Assembly: GCA_018606725.1 (NCBI GenBank)
Contig: JAGYID010000001.1
Location: 52,803-116,802 of the forward strand
Source of the DNA: Acidobacteriota bacterium
GTDB lineage: Bacteria; Acidobacteriota; Polarisedimenticolia; Gp22-AA2
Reading direction: 5' to 3'
DNA: 64,000 nt
Positions 58,080 to 64,000 of this stretch are shown one piece after another. The notes beneath the pieces were generated by a model. That model did no database searches, was not told the DNA's origin, and saw only the letters and a program-made list of their open reading frames with translations. The number at the start of each line of letters is the position of its first letter. Position 1 is the first letter of the stretch. The translations under genes were made by a program, and so were the position numbers.

Positions 58080-60605
58080 TTAATTGACGGGGACGTGCCG
58101 GCGGCGGGTGTAGGGCTGGTATCCGTCCTCGTCCTTGCGGGGTGCCGCCGAGCCTGGCTTTGACTCGTTCATGCGGGTGTCGGCGACGCCGATCAGGGCA
58201 TCGATGGTGCGGCCGTCCTCGGGGAAGGAAGCCGAGCCGGAAGACGCGCTGACGCGAATCTGCCGGCCGCCATGCACCGCGAACTTGTGGTTCTCGATCG
58301 CCCGGTGGATGCGGGCCTGCAGCTTCTCGATCTCCAGCTTGCCGACCCCGGGGACGATGACGATGAACTCATCGCCGGCGTAGCGCACGCAGGTGTCGCA
58401 GCCCCGCAGCTGGCTGCGGACGGCCCGCGCCAGGCCGCGCAGGATCCGGTCGCCGGCGGCATGGCCGTACTGGTCGTTAATCTCGTGGAAGCCATTGACG
58501 TCCAGCTCGATGATGCTCAACGGCACCTGCTGGCGGATCGCCCGGCTCAGCTCCTCTTCGAACGACACAAACAGGTAACGGGCGTTCGGCAGATGGGTGA
58601 TCGGATCGGTCAGGGTCGTCTTCTGCGACGCGCCGTACTGCAGGGCGTTCTTGATCGCCGTGGCGACATGACGGGAGACGATGCTGATGACTCTGAGGTG
58701 ATCGTCGTGGTACGGCTGATCGACCCGATCATAAAGGGTCAGCACGCCCAGCAGCATGTCGCCGTCCAGCAGCGGGGCGGCGATGGAATTCTCCAGTTTC
58801 TCGACGGCTCCAGACGCCAGCAGTTCCTCCAGGTCGGAGCGCACTCCTTCGCGGCGGACCGGCTCCTCGTGGGCGCAACCGGTGATCGGCATGCGGTGGA
58901 TGGCGGCCCAGCCGCTCATGCGCTCGCCGAGGGGGATCTGCAGATCCTTGAGCCGTCCAGCCTGACGGCCGCTGATGAAACGGGCCTTCAGCGCCTTCGC
59001 CTCCTTGTCGTACAGATACAGAATCAGGCAGCGGTAGTGGAGCAGGCCGGCGATCTTGCTCGACACGAAGCCGAGGACCTCGTCCAGGTTCAGGCTGCGG
59101 GCGCTGCTCTGGGCGATCTCGTACAGGGCGTACAGCTCCTCGTGCGCCGCCGAGATGTGGTCCATGATCGATGAGCGCATCGCGTTGGTGTCGCGGCTGG
59201 TCTTCTCGGCGGGACGGCGCGACAGGCGCTTGTCCGGGGCGCCGACGGTCTCTCGCGTCCGGTTGACCTCGTTGGCGAGCCGCTCGAGCCGATCGAGGTT
59301 GCCGACCAGCGCCTGGACGACCTTCGGGTCGTACGAGGTGCCGGCCTCGTCCTTGATGTACGCCAGCGCCTCCTCCTTGGTGAGTGGCTTGCGGTACGGG
59401 CGGTCCGAGGTCAGGGCGTCAAAACAGTCGGCGACCGACAGGACGCGGGCCGCCATCGGGATTTCCTCCCCTTTCAGGCGGTCCGGGTAGCCGGTGCCGT
59501 CCCATTTCTCGTGGTGCGACCGGACCACGGCGGTCAGCGGGAACGGGAAGTTGACGGTCTCGAGGATCTCCGCGCCGATGCGGGGGTGGATCATCATCTT
59601 CTCGAATTCCTCGCGGCTGAGCTTCCCCGGCTTGCAGAGGATGTGCTCGGGGACCGCGAGCTTGCCGATGTCGTGCAGCAGGGCGCCTGCCTTCAGCGCC
59701 TCCAGCTCCGCCTGTGACAGTCCGAGCATCCGGCCGATCTCGACCGCGAAGGTCTGGACCCGCCGGATGTGGCGCTGGGTGGTGCGGTCCTTGGCGTCGA
59801 TCGCCAGCGCCAGCGCCTCGACGACGTTCAGGTAGATGTCGGCCAACTCCTGATGGTGCTTCTGCTCCTGGCCGACCTTCTCGGCGTACAGACGCAGAGC
59901 GAAAAACAGGACGTAGAACGGCGGCACCGACAGCACCAGTGCGAGGACCCCGAAGCGCTGCACTCCGAGCGACAGGGTGGCGGCCAGGAACGATCCCGCC
60001 AGGTAGGCTGGGCAGGTCCACAATGTGTTGGCGGTCCAGTTGCGCAGGAACGGCACGCCCTCGGTGAAGCTGATGGCGCCGGCGACCAGGGCGGTGTTGA
60101 CCACGAAGAATGCCAGCGTCGCCAGCAGCAGGGGGGCCCACTCCTGCGCCGGGTCGAAGGCCCCTGGCGTGCCGCCGGCCAGGGAGAAGACCACGCCGGC
60201 GCAGACGGACGACATCACGAGCTCGGCGGCATTGAAGGCGATGCGGTACAGCGGCGGGGTCTCGGCGCGTCGCAGCACCGAGGCAGCGGCCCCGGCGAGC
60301 ATCGCCGCGACCCCGGCCGCCGGCGTCCCGAGCACAATGAGGGTCGTGAACACGAAGGCGAAGGCGATGGAGATGTTGCCGAAAATCAGGAGCGGAATCC
60401 TGAACGGCGCCGACAGGACCGCGGCGGCGCAGGCGATCAGGAAGAAGCCGCGCGACACGGGGGTCTGCCCGAGCCACCAGGCGAGGGCCAGGGCGACGCT
60501 CCCCGCCGCATAGATGGAGGCGACGTAGGTCCGCGCCGGCACGTTCAGCGACTTCAGAAGCCCTCCCCCCGGCCCGCCGCCGCGGGCGCACGTCTCCCTG
60601 GGCAA
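58080..60605 (-). CDS. Membrane-integral sensor with HD-GYP phosphodiesterase, GAF, and a GGDEF-like domain bearing a degenerate AGDEF motif
   Basis: About 7 N-terminal TM helices. HD-GYP (HDIGKLAV...HHEKWDGTGYP). GAF. The C-terminal diguanylate-cyclase fold reads RYAGDEF instead of GG(D/E)EF. Confidence 0.8.
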   Translation of the reverse strand: MPRETCARGGGPGGGLLKSLNVPARTYVASIYAAGSVALALAWWLGQTPVSRGFFLIACAAAVLSAPFRIPLLIFGNISIAFAFVFTTLIVLGTPAAGVAAMLAGAAASVLRRAETPPLYRIAFNAAELVMSSVCAGVVFSLAGGTPGAFDPAQEWAPLLLATLAFFVVNTALVAGAISFTEGVPFLRNWTANTLWTCPAYLAGSFLAATLSLGVQRFGVLALVLSVPPFYVLFFALRLYAEKVGQEQKHHQELADIYLNVVEALALAIDAKDRTTQRHIRRVQTFAVEIGRMLGLSQAELEALKAGALLHDIGKLAVPEHILCKPGKLSREEFEKMMIHPRIGAEILETVNFPFPLTAVVRSHHEKWDGTGYPDRLKGEEIPMAARVLSVADCFDALTSDRPYRKPLTKEEALAYIKDEAGTSYDPKVVQALVGNLDRLERLANEVNRTRETVGAPDKRLSRRPAEKTSRDTNAMRSSIMDHISAAHEELYALYEIAQSSARSLNLDEVLGFVSSKIAGLLHYRCLILYLYDKEAKALKARFISGRQAGRLKDLQIPLGERMSGWAAIHRMPITGCAHEEPVRREGVRSDLEELLASGAVEKLENSIAAPLLDGDMLLGVLTLYDRVDQPYHDDHLRVISIVSRHVATAIKNALQYGASQKTTLTDPITHLPNARYLFVSFEEELSRAIRQQVPLSIIELDVNGFHEINDQYGHAAGDRILRGLARAVRSQLRGCDTCVRYAGDEFIVIVPGVGKLEIEKLQARIHRAIENHKFAVHGGRQIRVSASSGSASFPEDGRTIDALIGVADTRMNESKPGSAAPRKDEDGYQPYTRRRHVPVN

Positions 60606-60730
60606 AGTGGTTGAAACCCCTCAAAATATGGGGCGTCCAGCAGGGGTGAATCCATTTCAATTTTGGCATTCCGGCGCCTGTGTCGGCCGAGTGACTTGAC
60701 GGCAGGCGGCCAGCGCGTGAGGATCGGGCC

Positions 60731-63685
60731 GTGGCATCCAGAGGCAAATCGAAGAAGGGACCGGCCCCGCCGCCGCAGACCCGGGACGGAAGGCGGCAGC
60801 GCCGCCCGCGCTGGGGCATCGCGGCGGTCGCCGCCTTCGTCCTGGTCGGGCTCGCCCTCCTGGTCCCTTGGTGCTCGGTCAAGGTCGGCGAGGCCGACCG
60901 CGTCTTCCGGCGCAACGCCTGGGGCGGCGTCGAGCGGCTGGGCCCCGGACGTCACATCGTCCTGCCACTCCTGCAGCGCCTCGCCGCCTTTCCCACCGGA
61001 CCGCTGAAGGCCGGGGGGTCCGTGGCGCTGCGCTCGCGCGAAGGGGTCAATTTCGAGATCCCGTTCGACGTGGCGGCCGAGATCGCCGATGACAATCTGA
61101 TGCGCCTCCTCGGGGACGCCGCCGGCGGCCCGGGCGATGTCATGCGTGCCGCCGCCGCGCAGGCGCTGTCGGCGTGGGGCGCCGACGCCTCCGGCGAGAC
61201 GATCGTCCTGTTGCAGGGGGCCGACGCCGCCGAGCGGGCGGTCCGGACCGGCCTCGAGTCGTTCGGGTTCGATGCGGTCGGTCTGCGCCCGGGCCGGGTG
61301 CGCGGTCCGGCGGATGTCATCGCCTCGATCACGTCGCGCGCGCTGCGCGATCGCCTGAACGACACGCGGACGCGGATCGCCCTCATCGGCCTTGACGGCG
61401 CCGATTGGCAGATCGTCGACCCGCTGATCGCCAAGGGGCAGCTGCCGACCCTGGCGCGGCTCAAAGCGCGCGGCGCCTGGGGCAACATGCGGACCATGAC
61501 GCCGACGCTGTCGCCGCTGCTGTGGACGACGGTGGCCACCGGCAAGACACCGGAGCAGCACGGCATCGTCGATTTCCTGGTGCATGACCCGCAGACCGGT
61601 CGGAACCTGCCGGTCTCCAGCCGGTCCCGCAAGACCAAGGCGCTCTGGAACATGTTCAGCGACGCCGGCATGACCTCGGTCTTCATCGCCTGGTGGGGGA
61701 CCTGGCCGGCCGAGGCGGTCGACGGCACGATGGTCACCGACCGGGTCGCCTACAGCTTGTTCGGCTACGAGGCGGGAGAGAGGGATCTCGTCGCCGCCAC
61801 CTACCCGGAGGAGTACCTCCGGCAAATCCGACCGAAGCTGACGAGCGACGCCGCGGTGACGCTCGCGGAGGTGCGCCGCTTCGCCGACGTGACGCCCGGG
61901 GAGTTCCGGCAGATGCGCGACCAGATCCGCGACAACCCGCAGATCGCCTATCGCCAGCCGGTGAACCACCTCACCAAGATCCTCGCCAGCGCCAGGTCGT
62001 ATCAGGCGATCGCCCTCGACATCCTCGCTCGCGGTCAACCGCGGGTGTACTCCATCTACTACCAGGGAATCGACGAGGTCTGCCACCGCTTCGCGCACGA
62101 CATGCCGCCGCAGATGACGATGGTGTCCGACGAGGACTACGCGAAGTACCGGGATGTCGTGTTCGCCTATTACCGCTATCAGGACGCGCTCCTGGGCGAG
62201 CTCCTGGGCCGCCTGTCGCCCGACACGACTGTCGTGCTGCTGTCGGACCACGGCTTCGAGAACGGCAGCAGCCGGCCGAAGAAGGACCCGCCCTACATCG
62301 AGGGGAAGCCCGGGCTGTGGCACCGGAAATACGGCATCCTGCTGCTGGCCGGCCCCGGCATCCGGCCGGGCCCGCTCGACACGCACGGGCTGCTCGACGT
62401 GGCGCCCACCGTGCTGTACCTGGCCGGGCTGCCGAAGGCCGAGGACATGCCGGGGCAGGTCATCCGCGAGGCGATCGATCCGCGCTTCGCGGCGCGTTTC
62501 CCCGTCCAGACGATCGCTTCGTACGAGCAGGTCGGTCGTCCGCTCGAGGACGTTCGCATCGCGCCGGCGGCCGCCGCCGAGATCGATCAGGAGATGCTGG
62601 AGAAGCTCCGGTCGCTCGGTTACATCGGCGCGGAGGCGCTGGCGAGCGGGCCGGCGCCGTCCGACACGGCGGGCGGCGCGCCGGGCCCTGGCGGCGCCGC
62701 GGGAGCGGGAGACACCCTGCTCACCGGCTACCTGAACGAGGCCGGCGTCTACCTCGAGAAGAAGGAGTACGCGAGCGCCGAGGCGACCGTCGCCCGCGCC
62801 CTGAAGGGGCAGCCCGACTACCTGCCGGGGCTGATGCTGGCGGCGAAGATCGCCGCGGCGCAGAAGAAGTACGGCGCGGCCATCGACTATGCCCGCAAGG
62901 CGATCGCCAGCGACCCGGAGGAGGACCCGGCGGTCTACGTCGAGCTGGGTCGGATCTACGCCGACAGCGGCCGCGCCGACGAGGGGCTGGCGTTCTTCAA
63001 TGACCTGCTGCGCAGCCACCCGGCCATGGCCGAGCTGCACGGGGCCCTCGGCAGCCTCCTACTCGAACAGGGCAAGACGCAGGCGGCCGAGGCGGAGCTG
63101 CTCGAAGCGCTGCGGATCAACCCGGCGCTCACCGACCCGCTGACCCAGCTGCACACCATCTACAACGGCACCGACCGGGTGCTGACGCTCGAGCCGATCG
63201 TCCGTCGCGGCCTGACGATCAACGAGAAGTCGGTGGTGCACCTGAACTGGCTGGGGCTGATCGAGGAGTGGAAGAAGCACCCGGCCGAGGCCGAGGCGAC
63301 GTACCAGAAGGCGATGCAGTACGACCCCGACTATCCGGCCACGATGGCCAACCTGGGGGCCCTGTACGGCCGGACCGGCCGCCTTCAGCAGGCGGTCGAC
63401 ATCCTCTCGAGGGCGGTCGCCAAGGACCCGGACAACCTGGAGGCTTGGGTCAACCTGGGGGCGGCGCAGGGGAGGATGGGCCGATCGAAGGATGCTGTGG
63501 TGTCACTGGAGACGGCCCGCCGCAAAGGCGTCCGCACCACGACGTTGTTCAACGCGCTGGCGCTCGCCTACTTGCAGGACCGGCAGCGCGACAAGGCGCT
63601 CGAGTACCTGAGACAGTCGCTGGCGATCGATCCGAATCAGCAGGACGCCCGCGAACTGATGGCGGTGGTGTCGAAATCGTCGTGA
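60731..63685 (+). CDS. Membrane-anchored multidomain protein: SPFH-like region - alkaline-phosphatase-superfamily (type I phosphodiesterase / nucleotide pyrophosphatase-like) domain - TPR repeats
   Basis: N-terminal TM helix followed by an HflC-like stretch (VKVGEADRVFRRNAWGGVERLGPGRHIVLPLLQRL). IALIGLDGADW...TPTLSPLLWTTVATGKTPEQHGIVDF and LLSDHGF are AlkP-core motifs. The C-terminal 350 aa are TPR. Confidence 0.7.
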   Translation: MASRGKSKKGPAPPPQTRDGRRQRRPRWGIAAVAAFVLVGLALLVPWCSVKVGEADRVFRRNAWGGVERLGPGRHIVLPLLQRLAAFPTGPLKAGGSVALRSREGVNFEIPFDVAAEIADDNLMRLLGDAAGGPGDVMRAAAAQALSAWGADASGETIVLLQGADAAERAVRTGLESFGFDAVGLRPGRVRGPADVIASITSRALRDRLNDTRTRIALIGLDGADWQIVDPLIAKGQLPTLARLKARGAWGNMRTMTPTLSPLLWTTVATGKTPEQHGIVDFLVHDPQTGRNLPVSSRSRKTKALWNMFSDAGMTSVFIAWWGTWPAEAVDGTMVTDRVAYSLFGYEAGERDLVAATYPEEYLRQIRPKLTSDAAVTLAEVRRFADVTPGEFRQMRDQIRDNPQIAYRQPVNHLTKILASARSYQAIALDILARGQPRVYSIYYQGIDEVCHRFAHDMPPQMTMVSDEDYAKYRDVVFAYYRYQDALLGELLGRLSPDTTVVLLSDHGFENGSSRPKKDPPYIEGKPGLWHRKYGILLLAGPGIRPGPLDTHGLLDVAPTVLYLAGLPKAEDMPGQVIREAIDPRFAARFPVQTIASYEQVGRPLEDVRIAPAAAAEIDQEMLEKLRSLGYIGAEALASGPAPSDTAGGAPGPGGAAGAGDTLLTGYLNEAGVYLEKKEYASAEATVARALKGQPDYLPGLMLAAKIAAAQKKYGAAIDYARKAIASDPEEDPAVYVELGRIYADSGRADEGLAFFNDLLRSHPAMAELHGALGSLLLEQGKTQAAEAELLEALRINPALTDPLTQLHTIYNGTDRVLTLEPIVRRGLTINEKSVVHLNWLGLIEEWKKHPAEAEATYQKAMQYDPDYPATMANLGALYGRTGRLQQAVDILSRAVAKDPDNLEAWVNLGAAQGRMGRSKDAVVSLETARRKGVRTTTLFNALALAYLQDRQRDKALEYLRQSLAIDPNQQDARELMAVVSKSS

Positions 63686-64000
63686 GCAGCTCCTCCGGGG
63701 CGCGCACCTGCCGCGCGTCCACCCCGCGCGGCGTCGTTGAGCTCCGGTCCCGCGCCAGGAGCGACTGCAGGGCGCGGTAGTGGTCGCCGTAGCGATCGAG
63801 CGCTTCGCGAAATTCCGCCGGCCGCAGGCCCGGGTAGATCCCGGCGCGGGCCCTGCCGACATTCCACCCCCAGGCCGCCGCCTCGTAGAAGTGACGCTGA
63901 ATGTCCGGCCGATCGGACGCCGGTCGCGGCAGCGACGTCGCCCCCGCCAGGTGCCGGGCATGGAAATATTCGTGGTCTACAAGCAGCCGCCGCCAGGCGT
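63686..64000 (-). CDS. Partial ORF (3' part; runs off the window end) with an HExxH zinc-metallopeptidase-like motif
   Basis: Minus-strand translation from the window edge gives ...LVDHEYFHARHLAGATSLPRPASDRPDIQRHFYEAAAWGWNVGRARAGIYPGLRPAEFREALDRYGDHY... The frame and stop position are uncertain, and it overlaps the end of the convergent gene. Confidence 0.3.

Overview
This 64-kb window reads as a high-GC bacterial chromosomal segment (GC judged by eye, not computed). The gene content suggests an Acidobacteria- or Deltaproteobacteria-like lineage: many sigma-54 enhancer-binding proteins, Hanks-type Ser/Thr kinases, a DUF507 gene pair and selB. Most genes are recognisable core functions: mutS, smc, an ispB-like polyprenyl synthase, ddl, hflX, trxA, a TlpA-like redoxin, tatA, selB, lolA, yajQ, and an alternative sigma-70-family sigma factor. 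There is an RsbW/RsbV-type partner-switching module with two STAS antagonists. A tightly overlapping minus-strand operon encodes an MFS transporter, two M16 peptidases and a D-aminoacylase. Five near-consensus sigma-70 promoters (TTGACA-N17/18-TAnnnT) are recognisable. Three segments stand out as accessory-like. First, at 46.5-57.9 kb two giant Ser/Thr-kinase / AAA / TPR / GAF / sigma-54-activator fusion proteins flank a small secreted tandem-repeat peptide gene with a sigma-54-type promoter; this lies in a clearly lower-GC block (about 48.5-52.5 kb) whose boundary falls inside one kinase gene. Second, at 37.8-43.3 kb a ParA plus MinD/FlhG-like ATPase pair sits with unannotatable partner proteins, including two tandem 67-aa paralogs. 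Third, at 30.7-32.3 kb a lower-GC XRE-HTH plus TPR gene pair has an RNPP-like split architecture. Other oddities: a ChaN/Tiki-like gene without a canonical start, in frame with tatA across a single TAG; an 11-nt motif (GACTTCGACAC) just downstream of two consensus promoters; and two inverted-repeat elements. Many long ORFs antisense to real genes are high-GC artefacts and are not reported as features.
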